Assembly: GCA_050633305.1 (NCBI GenBank)
Contig: JBOEGF010000024.1
Span: 352,001-416,000 of the forward strand
Direction: 5' to 3'
DNA: 64,000 nt
From: Nannocystales bacterium
GTDB lineage: Bacteria > Myxococcota_A > Polyangia > Nannocystales > Nannocystaceae
Positions 1-10,246 of the stretch are shown one piece after another (within the stretch, counting starts at the first letter, position 1; every line of letters begins with the position of its first letter). A model generated the notes under the pieces. That model saw only the letters and a program-made list of their open reading frames with translations, was not told the DNA's origin and did not search any database. Made by a program: the position numbers and the translations under genes.

Positions 1-36
1 ACTCGGCTACTGGTTGCACCCTCTGGAGATCCTCTG

Positions 37-957
37 ATGACCGAAGCATCCACCGGCCGCATGCCCGACTTTCTCCTCATCGGCGGGATGAAGTGCGGCA
101 GCACGACGCTGCACGACTACCTGGTGAACCATCCCCAGCTGGCTGAGCCCCAGTACAAGGAGCCGGGGTTTTTCAGTCGAGACGAGCGTTTTGCGCTCGG
201 CTTGGACTGGTACCGCAGCGTGTTTTCGGCGGCGAAGGGCGACCAACTCGCCTTCGAATCCTCGACCTGCTACACGCGGCACCCTCATTTTGGCGAGGTC
301 GCGGCCCGCATCCACGAGCATCTTCCGGAGATCAAGCTCGTGTACATCATGCGGCACCCGGTCGACCGGCTGTACTCCCACTACCGCCACGCGATGTTGG
401 AGCGGCAGAAGAAGAACGAGGGACCCGTTGTCTCGCTCGACGCGGCGATGTCCGAGAGCTCGGAGTTCTTCGACGCGGGGTGCTACCTGCGACAGATCGA
501 GCAGTACACCCGCCACTACGATCGAGATCGCTTCTTCTTCCTGACCCTCGAAGAACTCAAGGACGACCCCGACGCGATGCTGGGTCGCTTGCAAGCGTTC
601 CTGGGCGTTGACTCGGTGCCCACGCTCTCGACGTCGCTCAAGGGCGCGTCGAATGCAGCGAGCGCACGGGCGATGGGGACCACCGCTGCCTCTGCGCGTG
701 ACAAGCTACGGCGAACTCCGCTGGTGCGGATCGCGAAACGGCTCATCCCCAAGGAGGCGCGCGGCCTGGTGATGAAGGCGGTCATGAACTCGCCGATCGT
801 GAAAGCGCGCAACAAGGCCAAGGCAGACGCGTTCGCTGCGCAGCTCTCGAAGCTGACCGACGCGAAACGGCAGGAGCTGCTCACCCGATACGAGCAACCT
901 AACGAAGCGCTCGCTGAGTTTCTCGGTCGGCCGCTTCCGGCCTCCTGGGCGTCGTAG
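37..957 (+). CDS. PAPS-dependent sulfotransferase (Sulfotransfer_1/3 family)
   Basis: 5'-PSB motif IGGMKCGSTTL, KEPGFF, and 3'-PB motif MRHPVDRLYSHY. Confidence 0.9.
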   Translation: MTEASTGRMPDFLLIGGMKCGSTTLHDYLVNHPQLAEPQYKEPGFFSRDERFALGLDWYRSVFSAAKGDQLAFESSTCYTRHPHFGEVAARIHEHLPEIKLVYIMRHPVDRLYSHYRHAMLERQKKNEGPVVSLDAAMSESSEFFDAGCYLRQIEQYTRHYDRDRFFFLTLEELKDDPDAMLGRLQAFLGVDSVPTLSTSLKGASNAASARAMGTTAASARDKLRRTPLVRIAKRLIPKEARGLVMKAVMNSPIVKARNKAKADAFAAQLSKLTDAKRQELLTRYEQPNEALAEFLGRPLPASWAS

Positions 958-1057
958 GCCGACGCCGCCCGGTCACGCGCAGCGTTTGCTGGCGCGGGGG
1001 GTGGCCTCGCAGCGCATGATGGAGCGCGTGATATCTTCCGAGCCGAGGTCGCACAGC

Positions 1058-1873
1058 ATGCTCATCAACCCGCTCGACAAGGATGCGCTGCGAGAGCAGT
1101 TCCGCGCTGCCAAGCCCTTTCCGCACCTGGTTGTGGAGAACTTCTTGGAGCCCACGTTCCTGCGCGAGGTCGTCGAGGCGTATCCCACGTTCGACAGCGC
1201 CTGGACGGAAGCCAAGGGCACACGGGATGCCTTCAACGCGCTCAACGAGAAGCTCAAGGTCCAAGTCTCGGACTCCTCTCGGTTTCCGGGCCCGGTCAAG
1301 CAGCTCCATGACGCGATCACCTCGGAGGCGTTCCTCAAGGAGCTTTCAGAGATCACCGGCATCGAGAATCTGCAGGCCGACCCCGCCATGCGTGGAGGCG
1401 GGATGCACCTGACAGGCCCCAGCGGCCGTCTGGATGTCCACATCGACTTCAACTACTCCGACGAACTCAAGATGCATCGTCGGCTCAACATTCTCATCTA
1501 CCTCAACGAGGGATGGGACCCCGCGTGGGGAGGCGCGGTCGAGCTGTGGGACACCGAGGTGAAGAACTGCGAGGTCTCCGTCTCGCCGCTGATCAACCGC
1601 TGTGTCTTGTTCGAGACCAGCGACATCAGCTACCACGGTGTCGAGCCTGTGACGTGCCCTCCGGGGGTCGGCCGGATCTCGTTCGCTGGCTACTACTACA
1701 CCGAAGAGGCGCCTGAAAAATGGGACGGGCAACACCACAGCACGGTGTTTAAAGCTCGGCCCGACGAGGCGCTGCGGGACCTTGTCTTGGGCAATGTCGA
1801 CCGGCTCGGACGCGCGGCCTACAAGAAGCTTCAGCGAGGACGTCGGCTGGTGAACATGCTCCGAGGGCGGTAG
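1058..1873 (+). CDS. 2OG-Fe(II) oxygenase (prolyl-hydroxylase-like)
   Basis: PFPHLVVENFL, HxD (HIDFN), distal His (SYHGV) and RxS (RISF); ATG at 1058 preferred over the TTG ORF start at 986. Confidence 0.88.
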   Translation: MLINPLDKDALREQFRAAKPFPHLVVENFLEPTFLREVVEAYPTFDSAWTEAKGTRDAFNALNEKLKVQVSDSSRFPGPVKQLHDAITSEAFLKELSEITGIENLQADPAMRGGGMHLTGPSGRLDVHIDFNYSDELKMHRRLNILIYLNEGWDPAWGGAVELWDTEVKNCEVSVSPLINRCVLFETSDISYHGVEPVTCPPGVGRISFAGYYYTEEAPEKWDGQHHSTVFKARPDEALRDLVLGNVDRLGRAAYKKLQRGRRLVNMLRGR

Positions 1874-1898
1874 CTCGGGTCTCGAGCACCGCAACGAC

Positions 1899-1933
1899 AG
1901 AAGGGCCCCCGGAAGTTCCGGCGGGCCCTTTCT
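1899..1933. terminator. Probable bidirectional intrinsic terminator between convergent genes
   Basis: AAGGGCCC-CCGGAA-G-TTCCGG-C-GGGCCCTT stem with A/T-containing flanks, between stops at 1873 (+) and 1949 (-). Confidence 0.7.
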
Positions 1934-1948
1934 CCGTTTGCGCTCTGG

Positions 1949-4900
1949 CTACTGGAATGTGTCGACGCGCAGCTTGCCGCCAGCGGTGTACTCGTGGTCC
2001 GCAGCGCGGGCTTCGGCCAGGCCACTGGTACGGAGCACCCACATCCGACGGATCGCCACCACGTCATCGTTCTGGCGCGCGTGCACCTCGATGATGTTGT
2101 TGCCCGGCGTCAGCGGGACCTCGGCAGAGAACTTCAGCTCTCCGGTGCTGGGGTCGGGGTTGGCGACGTAGTAGACCTTCTCGCGGTCTCCGAAGAGGTT
2201 GCGAGAGGGGTTGTAGACGGTGACGAACACGTCGCGCAGGGCTTGCTCGTCGTTGGCGATGCCGGAGAGCGTGACGGACTCGGCGTCGGTCTTGGAGAGC
2301 GCCGCATCCAAAGAGACCTTCGGTGGGGAAACCTCGAAGCTCGGAGTCAGGCTGGGGGCTTTGGTGCTCCCGGTGCCACGCTCCACGTCGGAGCTCTTGG
2401 CAAATCCCATCTGCCCACCCGCGAGGTGAACGCGGACCCAACCTTCTCCTTCGGCGACCGCCGGCATCACGGTCCCCTTGGCGACTCGGCCGATGGTGCG
2501 GTCGGGCGTGAGGGGGCTGGCGTAGAGGTCGATGGTGTCCGTGGCGGTCGCCGTGCCCTTGGCCTTGGAGAGCGAGACGCCCCGTTCGGGAACGGGAAGG
2601 TGGATTCGCTCGGAGAGAGCCTCGGCGATCTTGTTGTCGGAGACTGTGAGCTGGAGCTGGACGTCACCGTCCTGGGGGCGTTCCTTGAGCTCGAAGTCGA
2701 GGTCCACCGCGCGGGTGTTCCCGGTCGCCACCTTGCCGAGGTCTTTGCGGCCCTCGTGCAGGAAGACCGCCTCGGCCGCTCGGTTGCGGAGCGTGACCCA
2801 GGTGTCCAGAGCATCGCCCTCGCCCTGGTTGGCAAGCGAGACCCGCAGTCGGACACGCTCGCCGACCTGCAACGCTCCGTCTCCGTTGCCGACGATCGAC
2901 TCGCCCAGCGCGGGGTCGTCGATGACCTGGTAGCCGTAGACGAACTGCGGGCGAGGGAGTCCCTCGGCACTCACGTCGATCGAGGTGGTCGAGCCCTTGG
3001 CCAGCTTCGCGCCGTGCGCTTCGAACAGGTGCACGTCGATGCGGTCGGTGCGGCTGAGTTCGTGTTCGGAGACCGAGAGCTTGAGGCTGTAGGTTCGCGA
3101 TTCGCCCGGCGCAATCTTGCCGAAGAGCAGCTCGCGCTCGTCGAAGTAGCGGTAGTCGGAGTCGGTGATGGCGCGGACCTGGTAGGCGGTAGCGTCTCCG
3201 ATGTTTTTCACCACTGCGGTGACGGTGCCTCGCTCGCCGCCCCGGATCTTGTTGCCGGGCTTGTCGGTGGTGATCGAGACTTGAAGCTTGGCCGAGCCTG
3301 ACGCGGGTTTGGTCCCCAGCGTCCAGTCGACATCGCGGGCAGACAAGCTCTTGGTGATGCGGCCCTGTTGCTTCTGCTCCTGTTGCTCGACGAAGGAGCC
3401 CATCTTGCGCAGCAGGACGTCTCGGTCCGAGGACGGCGCCCAAGCGACGAACTCGGCGGCCATCCGGATCTCGGGGTCGTCGAGGAACGAAGGGAGCGCA
3501 CTCGCGCCTTTCTTGCCCTTCTTGTTGGACTTCTTGTTGGACGTCTTGCCGTCCTTCCCGTCGCCCTTTGCGTCAGCGTCCTTGTCGGTCTTGCCCGGCA
3601 TCACCGACCCGGCATCGAGGAAGTGCAGGGAGCCGTGCGCGATCTTCTGCGTCTTGGCGTTGGAGGTGAGGTGCGAGGCGAGTGACTCTTCGCGCAGCAG
3701 GTCGAACCGACCCCGGCCGAAGTAGTAGATCTGCTCCTTGCCGATCCACACTGGGACGGTCTCGATGTCCGGGCTGACGCCCACCGACTGGATCGAGACA
3801 TCCCCGGGGGTGAGGTACTGGGCGATGGTGAGCTTGAGTGCGAGTTCTTTGTCCCCGGCCTTGCGCTCGTGCAGCACCTGGACGCTGCCTTTGCCAAAGC
3901 TACGACGCCCCATCAGGACGCCGCGGCCCAGGTTGCGCAGGGCGCCGGCGACGATCTCGGATGCACTCGCGGAGCCCTGGTCGATGAGAACGACCAAGGG
4001 CAGGTCCGGGAAGTCGTAGCGGTCGTTGGCGCGGTTCTCCTCGCGGGGAGAACTGACGCCGACGGTGGACACGATGGTCCCCGAGTCGAGGAATGCGTCC
4101 GCGACCTCGACAGCGGCGTTGAGCAGGCCGCCGGGGTTGTCGCGGAGGTCGAGCACGATGCCCTCGACCCCAGCCTTCTCGAACTCGTTGAGTTTGGCGC
4201 GCAGCTCCTTGCCCGTGGTTTGGGCGAAGTTCCGCGGGATCTGGACGAGGCCGACGTTGTGCTTTTCGCCGTCGAGACCGGTGACCTCGAGCTTTTCGCC
4301 GATGACCGAGTCGAGTTTGATGGTGGCGCGTGTGATCGACAGACGCTTGGGCTTGGCCATGCCCTCGCGCATCACGTAGAGCGTGACGTCGGTGCCAGCG
4401 GGTCCCCGCAGGCGGTCGACGGCCTCGTTGAGCGTCATCGTGACGGTGGATTCGGAGCCGATCTGCGCGATCCGGTCGCCCGGCTGCATGTCGACTGCCG
4501 AGGCGGGGTTGCCATCGATGACGCGGATCACGGTGATCTTGCCATCGCGCATGCCCACCTCGATGCCCAAGCCACCGAAGCTGCCCTTGGTGCTGGCCTT
4601 CATGTCGCTGAAGTCGGAAGGCCGCAGCAGGTTGGTGTGGGGGTCGAGGGTGCTGAGGACGCCCGCGACCATGGCGTACTCGGCCTCGCGCTGCTCGTCT
4701 TCGGTGAGGTCGGTGTGCTCGGTGACGAAGCGGAACACCTCGCGGACGTGCGGGCCCACGGCCCAGAGCGCCTCGATCTCGCCGAGTTCGAAGACCTTTT
4801 CGTGGGTCGCCACGCGGACGCGGACGCGCTCGCCCTTGCCGATCGGCTGGACCAGGACTTGTGCGACCCGGCGCTCGAGCGCTTCGAGGCCGGCGAGGGT

Positions 4901-5191
4901 CATCGCGCGAGGGTCAACACGCTCCGGTTCGACGTAGTACTTGGAGACGTTCCACAGGGTCCAGTCGAGCACCCGGAGCTCGGTCGCGTCGTGATTGGGA
5001 ACGAGCCGGGAGTGCTTGCGCGGATCGCTACGCTGAGCCTGGGCCTGACGGTCTCCGACCGCCGTGAGCCCGAGCGAGAGGGCGAGTGACCCCACAATCA
5101 CCGCGGAAGTTCCGAATCGGGCCCAAACCTGAGAACGCCGAACCTTCGGACGGTTGCTGGCACGGCCGCGTGGAGGCGTCAGTCGACTCAC
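1949..5191 (-). CDS. Long deltaproteobacterial S41 carboxy-terminal processing protease (PDZ, S41 and C-terminal Ig/CARDB-like domains)
   Basis: LDPHT, GSFGGLGIEV (PDZ), LDLRDNPGGLL, SASASEIVAGAL, SFGKGSVQ; 1080 aa with an extended C-terminus. Confidence 0.92.
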   Translation of the reverse strand: MSRLTPPRGRASNRPKVRRSQVWARFGTSAVIVGSLALSLGLTAVGDRQAQAQRSDPRKHSRLVPNHDATELRVLDWTLWNVSKYYVEPERVDPRAMTLAGLEALERRVAQVLVQPIGKGERVRVRVATHEKVFELGEIEALWAVGPHVREVFRFVTEHTDLTEDEQREAEYAMVAGVLSTLDPHTNLLRPSDFSDMKASTKGSFGGLGIEVGMRDGKITVIRVIDGNPASAVDMQPGDRIAQIGSESTVTMTLNEAVDRLRGPAGTDVTLYVMREGMAKPKRLSITRATIKLDSVIGEKLEVTGLDGEKHNVGLVQIPRNFAQTTGKELRAKLNEFEKAGVEGIVLDLRDNPGGLLNAAVEVADAFLDSGTIVSTVGVSSPREENRANDRYDFPDLPLVVLIDQGSASASEIVAGALRNLGRGVLMGRRSFGKGSVQVLHERKAGDKELALKLTIAQYLTPGDVSIQSVGVSPDIETVPVWIGKEQIYYFGRGRFDLLREESLASHLTSNAKTQKIAHGSLHFLDAGSVMPGKTDKDADAKGDGKDGKTSNKKSNKKGKKGASALPSFLDDPEIRMAAEFVAWAPSSDRDVLLRKMGSFVEQQEQKQQGRITKSLSARDVDWTLGTKPASGSAKLQVSITTDKPGNKIRGGERGTVTAVVKNIGDATAYQVRAITDSDYRYFDERELLFGKIAPGESRTYSLKLSVSEHELSRTDRIDVHLFEAHGAKLAKGSTTSIDVSAEGLPRPQFVYGYQVIDDPALGESIVGNGDGALQVGERVRLRVSLANQGEGDALDTWVTLRNRAAEAVFLHEGRKDLGKVATGNTRAVDLDFELKERPQDGDVQLQLTVSDNKIAEALSERIHLPVPERGVSLSKAKGTATATDTIDLYASPLTPDRTIGRVAKGTVMPAVAEGEGWVRVHLAGGQMGFAKSSDVERGTGSTKAPSLTPSFEVSPPKVSLDAALSKTDAESVTLSGIANDEQALRDVFVTVYNPSRNLFGDREKVYYVANPDPSTGELKFSAEVPLTPGNNIIEVHARQNDDVVAIRRMWVLRTSGLAEARAADHEYTAGGKLRVDTFQ

Positions 5192-5317
5192 GTGGGCAGT
5201 CTAGCAGGCGAGATGGCCCGCGCTTGCGGTCAGGGACCGTCAGATTGGACCGATTTCCGGCTAGGGTGCCAGGGTCGCGTCGTGTCCTGAGACCGGCGTA
5301 GACTCCGCGTGCCTGCG

Positions 5318-6433
5318 ATGGCGAAGCCCAAGTCCCAGAAGCGGTCCAAGTCGGCCAGTTCCGAGCCCATCGACGTCGAAGTGGTCGACCGAGCCTCGGA
5401 CGCCGAGGAAGCAATCACCGAGCCCGCGGAGGTGTCGGACGAACCACAGGATGAGGCCGCGGCTGAGGCGCTGGCCGAAGTCGATCCGGTCTCCGATGAG
5501 GAACTCGAGGAGATTGCCAAGAGCATCGGCCGTCCACGGGCCGCGCCCGAGGGCACCACGGCGTTGGCACGTCGGGATCCGATGGCCGCCTACATGGCGG
5601 AGGTGCGACGTCACCCGTTGCTCACCCGAGAAGAGGAGCATGAGCTGGCGGTGCGCTGGGTCGAAGAGGACGACCAAGACGCGGGTCGAAAGCTGGTCAC
5701 ATCGAACCTGCGGCTCGTGGTGAAGATCGCCCACGAGTACCGCCGCGCCTACCACAACCTGCTCGACTTGGTGCAGGAGGGCAACGTCGGTCTGGTGAAG
5801 GCGGTTCAGAAGTTCGACCCCTATCGCGGGGTCAAGCTGAGCACCTACTCCGGCTGGTGGATTCGGGCGTACATCCTCAAGTACATCCTCAACAACTGGC
5901 GACTGGTCAAGATCGGGACCACCCAGAACCAGCGCAAGCTGTTCTTCAACCTTCGCAAGCAGCGAGCTGCACTCGAAGCCGCGGGCATCGAGCCCTCGGC
6001 AGAGAACATCGCGAAGGAACTCGACGTCTCCGAAAAAGAGGTCGTGGAGATGGAGCGGCGCATGGCCGCACCAGACATGTCGTTGGACGCTCCGCTTTCG
6101 GGCGATGACGGCGACGGAAGTCGAACGCGCCTCGACATGATCGAGGACGACTACGCCGACCCCGAGGACAACGTCGATGCGGCGGGGTTCAAGTCGTTGA
6201 TGCAATCCAAGCTGATGGCGTTCGGCGCGGACCTCGAGGGACGAGAGCTCGAGATTTTCACCGACCGTCTGATGTCGGAGGAGCCGGTCACCCTCCAAGA
6301 ACTCGGAGACCGCTGGGGCGTGAGCCGAGAGCGGGCACGCCAGGTCGAGAAGCGAATGATTCTGAGACTGCGCGCCTATCTCCAGCAAGAGTTGGGCGAC
6401 GCGGTTCAGGTCGCGCTGGGGCACGAGGCGTGA
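5318..6433 (+). CDS. RNA polymerase sigma factor, RpoH/sigma-32 family
   Basis: [23 protein letters not shown], RpoH box QRKLFFNLR and region 4 [20 protein letters not shown]; myxobacteria have several paralogues, so no symbol is given. Confidence 0.93.
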   Translation: MAKPKSQKRSKSASSEPIDVEVVDRASDAEEAITEPAEVSDEPQDEAAAEALAEVDPVSDEELEEIAKSIGRPRAAPEGTTALARRDPMAAYMAEVRRHPLLTREEEHELAVRWVEEDDQDAGRKLVTSNLRLVVKIAHEYRRAYHNLLDLVQEGNVGLVKAVQKFDPYRGVKLSTYSGWWIRAYILKYILNNWRLVKIGTTQNQRKLFFNLRKQRAALEAAGIEPSAENIAKELDVSEKEVVEMERRMAAPDMSLDAPLSGDDGDGSRTRLDMIEDDYADPEDNVDAAGFKSLMQSKLMAFGADLEGRELEIFTDRLMSEEPVTLQELGDRWGVSRERARQVEKRMILRLRAYLQQELGDAVQVALGHEA

Positions 6434-7281
6434 GCGGAACGCTGGTGCTCGTCGGCACGCCACTGGGCAACCGAGGAGACCTCAGCCCGCGCGCTCGCGA
6501 GGCGTTGCTGTCCGCCGACCTCCTGTTGTGCGAGGACACCCGCAGCCCGGTGCGGCTGCTGGGCAACGAGGTGACACTGCCGCCGCGGCGGAGCTGCTTT
6601 GTCGGCAACGAGCACGAACGGACCGACGAGCTGCTCGAGGCGCTTGCGGAAGGCAAGACCGTGGCGTTTTGCTCCGAGGCTGGGATGCCGGGGTGGAGTG
6701 ACCCCGGGCAGTTCTTGGTCACAGCGGCGGTGCAGGCCGGGTACGCGGTCGATGTGGTTCCGGGGCCAACGGCCGCATCGGCGGCGCTGTCGATCAGCGG
6801 CTTTGATGCTGGAGGCTCGTGTTTTTTCGGCTTCATCGCGCGCGAGGGGAAAGACCGGACGCGCGCGCTCGAGGCCATCGCTGTCTCGGTGGGTCCGTCC
6901 ATGCTGTACGAGGCGGGGAATCGGACGCCTGCGTTGCTTCGCGATCTGGCCAAGGTGCTGCCCGACGCGGAGACTCGGCAGGTGGTCGTTTGTCGCGAGC
7001 TGACCAAGCTTCATCAAGAGACGCTGCGGGGAACCGTGGCCGGCCTTCATGCTGAGGTTCGGGAGGCGTTGCGCGGCGAGGTGACCGTGGTCATCGAAGG
7101 CAACACGTTGGATGCCGGTGCCGAGTCGCAGGACGCGGCCCGTGCGGTGCTCGATGTCATGCTGGATCCGTCGCTCAAACCCAGACCGAGGGCTCGTGCG
7201 CTTGCTGAGCTGACGGGGCTGGACGCGCGTGCGCTGTATGAACGGCTGCGCGCTGCCCGAGACGGCGCGGACCCGCGGTGA
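6430..7281 (+). CDS. rsmI: 16S rRNA (cytidine1402-2'-O)-methyltransferase
   Basis: [46 protein letters not shown] overlap with the sigma gene. Confidence 0.92.
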   Translation: MSGTLVLVGTPLGNRGDLSPRAREALLSADLLLCEDTRSPVRLLGNEVTLPPRRSCFVGNEHERTDELLEALAEGKTVAFCSEAGMPGWSDPGQFLVTAAVQAGYAVDVVPGPTAASAALSISGFDAGGSCFFGFIAREGKDRTRALEAIAVSVGPSMLYEAGNRTPALLRDLAKVLPDAETRQVVVCRELTKLHQETLRGTVAGLHAEVREALRGEVTVVIEGNTLDAGAESQDAARAVLDVMLDPSLKPRPRARALAELTGLDARALYERLRAARDGADPR

Positions 7282-7338
7282 GTCCGCGCCCCGATTTTTT
7301 CTCACCCTGTTTTGCGGGGGGCCGCCTCTCGCCCTGTG

Positions 7339-8472
7339 ATGCGGGTGATTCAAGGCTTGGCGCTGTGTGGGATCGGCTTGGGGGTGGGGTTGGGGTGCTC
7401 GGATGGGGGAAGCAACACCTCGGCGGACTCGGCGACGACCGGGGACACATCTGGGGCGGAGGAGAGCGGGACGGGCGGCGGCGTCGGGCCATCGGAGACG
7501 ATGGGCGGGCCCGGGCCCGTGTCCTCGGCCGGGACCACGGACACACCCGGCGGCGATTCTTCCTCCTCGGACGGAGGGGACGACACGAGTGATACCGGCG
7601 TGGAGCCGATGACTCCGCCGTACGAGGATGTCCGCAACTACATCTTCGGGCACAGCCTGATCCTCCACAGTTCCACCGCAAACGTACCGCGCTGGATCGA
7701 CGACATCGCGGAGGCCTCCGGGTATGGCTACTCGATGAGCGGGCGCTACGGCTTCGCCGACACGCACGCCAACGACCTCCCGCCGGTCCCGCAGTGGGGC
7801 ATCGATGGGGTGGATGCGGCATGGAACGACGACGACGGCATCGGCTTCGGCGACGTCGATTTCAACACCGTGCTGTTCACCGAGGCGAACTTCCGTCAGT
7901 ACTTCCCCCCGACCGAGCCCGAGCCAGACCTGGGCGGGCCGACCTCGGTGGGCAGCACGTTGACGGTGTTCGATTGGGTGGAGAACGCGGAGCCAGGGGT
8001 CCGCTTCATCGTCTACGAGAACTGGCCCGACATGGGCCCGTATACCGATGCCGACTTCGAGACGACGCAGCCGACGGAGGCCGAGCTGGCAGCGTACTGG
8101 GCGTACACCGCAGGGGATTTCCACCAGTGGTGGCTCGACTATCATGACGCGTTGTTGGCCGAACGCCCCGAGCTGACGATCCACATGGTTCCTGTGGGTC
8201 CGGTCCTGGCGGAGTTGCTCACTGGGCCTCTGTCGGACATCCCTCCGGAGGTTCTTTATGAGGACAACGCGCCCCACGGGCGAGAGTCGCTCTACTTCCT
8301 CGCGGGCCTCGTGACCTCGATGGCGATGTACGCCGGGCCGCCTCCGGCGAGCTATCAGCCGCCAGAGGAAATCGACGTTCGCATCCGCGAACGCTATTCG
8401 GAAATCGTCGAGACGATCTGGGCCCAACTGTTGGCGTTTGAGGACGGCAGCGGCGCGCGCCGGGCTTTCTAG
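7339..8472 (+). CDS. Lipoprotein with a low-complexity linker and an SGNH/GDSL-like domain
   Basis: Lipobox-like GLGC, Ser/Thr/Gly/Asp linker, YIFGHSL (block I-like) and YEDNAPHG (DxxxH-like). Confidence 0.6.
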   Translation: MRVIQGLALCGIGLGVGLGCSDGGSNTSADSATTGDTSGAEESGTGGGVGPSETMGGPGPVSSAGTTDTPGGDSSSSDGGDDTSDTGVEPMTPPYEDVRNYIFGHSLILHSSTANVPRWIDDIAEASGYGYSMSGRYGFADTHANDLPPVPQWGIDGVDAAWNDDDGIGFGDVDFNTVLFTEANFRQYFPPTEPEPDLGGPTSVGSTLTVFDWVENAEPGVRFIVYENWPDMGPYTDADFETTQPTEAELAAYWAYTAGDFHQWWLDYHDALLAERPELTIHMVPVGPVLAELLTGPLSDIPPEVLYEDNAPHGRESLYFLAGLVTSMAMYAGPPPASYQPPEEIDVRIRERYSEIVETIWAQLLAFEDGSGARRAF

Positions 8473-8602
8473 GTCGCGCACAGGACGGCCGGAGGTCGTG
8501 TGACAGCTCCCTGCGACTCAGCGCGTTCTGCGAGCCTCTGCTTTGGCGGCTCTGCTATGCTCCCGCCGCTTTCGCGGCCCGTCCGCGTGGCCCCCGAGTC
8601 TG

Positions 8603-9919
8603 ATGAGCACACGTTCAAACTTGATTGGTCTTGGCGTCGGAGTGGCCGCCGTGGGCGGGTTGATCGCCTTGTTGATGGGCACCGGTGTGGTGTCGCTCAA
8701 GAAAAACTCCGATCAGGAGGCGGACGGCGACGTCGAGGAGGTCGCGAGCGCGAAGGGCGGGAGCCACGGCAAGAAGAAGCGCAAGGGCCGTCGGAAAGGC
8801 AAGAAGGGTCGCAAGCAGAGCGACACCGTCAAGAAGCTCTCGTCGATGGGCTACGTGGACGGAACAGTCGATGCCAACGTCGAACGTTCCGGCGTGATCG
8901 TGAACCTGCAGGACGAGACGCAAGACGGGGTCAACTTCTACGCCTCTCGCAAGCAGTCTCGGGCCCAGCTGCTCGACATGAAGGGCGTCGTGCTCCACGA
9001 GTGGAGCGTCCCGGGCATGGGCGGGTGGCAGCACGTGTCGTTGATGCCCGACGGCAGCATCATCGGCTTGGTCAAGAACAAGCAGGTCTTCAAGATCGAC
9101 AAGGACTCGAAGATTCTGTGGACCTACAAGGGGCGGGCGCACCATGACCTCGACGTCACGGAGGACGGTCGTGTGTTCGTGCTCTCGCGGACCGCGTCAA
9201 TGATGCCGAAGTACGACAAGAACCACCCGACGGTGGATGATCTTGTCGTCGAGCTTTCGCCTGAAGGGGAAGAACTCAGCCGGTTCTCGATCCTGAAGAC
9301 GATCGAGGACTCGCCGTACGCCTTCTTGTTGGGGGACACCGACGCGCTCACCGCCAAGAAGATCCGTCGTGCCAACCCGCGACGGAGCAAGGAGTACGAC
9401 ATCCTTCACTCCAACCACGTCGAGGTCTTCGACGGGTCGCTCGCGGAGATGAGCCCGATCTTCGCGGAGGGCAACATGCTGCTCTCCCCACGCAACACCC
9501 ACACGATGATGATCGTCGATCCCAAGACGAAGGAGATCGTGTGGCTGTGGGGCTCGTCGAAGTTGATCTTCCCGCACCACCCGACGGTCACCGAAGCGGG
9601 CACCATCCTGGTGTTCAACAACGGAGACGCCGACACGCGTTCGCAGGTCGTCGAGATCGATCCGCTGACCGACGACATCATCTGGACCTACGGTCCCACC
9701 GAGGAGTTCTTCTCGGAGACGCGCGGCAGCAACTTCCGACTCGACAACGGCAACACGCTGATCACCGAGTCCGACACCGGGTACGTCTTCGAGGTCACGC
9801 CCGCGGGCAAGACCGTCTGGGAGTTCGCAAACCCCCACGTCGAAAAGAAGAAGGGCCTGCGCATGGCGATCTGGCGGATGACCCGGTTCAGCCGCGACGA
9901 ACTCACCTTCGAGTTCTAG
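8603..9919 (+). CDS. Arylsulfotransferase (ASST) family beta-propeller protein, membrane anchored
   Basis: N-terminal TM segment, AHHD, HSNHVE, PHHP, VFNNG, RLDNGNTLITES, FEVTPAGKTVWEF. Confidence 0.85.
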   Translation: MSTRSNLIGLGVGVAAVGGLIALLMGTGVVSLKKNSDQEADGDVEEVASAKGGSHGKKKRKGRRKGKKGRKQSDTVKKLSSMGYVDGTVDANVERSGVIVNLQDETQDGVNFYASRKQSRAQLLDMKGVVLHEWSVPGMGGWQHVSLMPDGSIIGLVKNKQVFKIDKDSKILWTYKGRAHHDLDVTEDGRVFVLSRTASMMPKYDKNHPTVDDLVVELSPEGEELSRFSILKTIEDSPYAFLLGDTDALTAKKIRRANPRRSKEYDILHSNHVEVFDGSLAEMSPIFAEGNMLLSPRNTHTMMIVDPKTKEIVWLWGSSKLIFPHHPTVTEAGTILVFNNGDADTRSQVVEIDPLTDDIIWTYGPTEEFFSETRGSNFRLDNGNTLITESDTGYVFEVTPAGKTVWEFANPHVEKKKGLRMAIWRMTRFSRDELTFEF

Positions 9920-10215
9920 GGACCGTCCCAATTCGGTGAAACCAGCCCGCGGAAGGGCGCGGGACGGAGCCTCGGGCGTGCTTCCATTGGCCCGCTGAGA
10001 AGGGGACCCCCGGTGGCGAGCAAGCCCAACCGGGTGTGCTGAGTCGACCAGTCCCGTTCATGCGCAGTGAAGCGGAGCCCGGTGACAAGCGAGCGAGCCC
10101 CAATCAGGCGCCTCGCGCCGAGAAGTGCTGTTCGCGAGCCATGGAGCGGGTCGGTTGGCGGACGAGCAAGCCCGAGAGCGCGCCTGCAAGTGAGGGCTCC
10201 GGCTCCGGCGGTTTT

Positions 10216-10240
10216 GGGGAGGGACGGCGACGTCCCTCCC
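10216..10240. other. GC-rich hairpin just 3' of the minus-strand gene ending at 10247
   Basis: GGGAGGGACG-GCGA-CGTCCCTCCC 10-bp stem; no U tract on the minus strand. Confidence 0.45.
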
Positions 10241-10246
10241 TCCTGC

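Noticed and set aside
9920..10246. Possible ncRNA in the 326-nt gap between convergent genes (GAGCAAGCCC occurs twice)
   Set aside because: No recognisable tRNA, 6S, SRP, tmRNA or riboswitch motif by eye; an Infernal/Rfam search would be needed.
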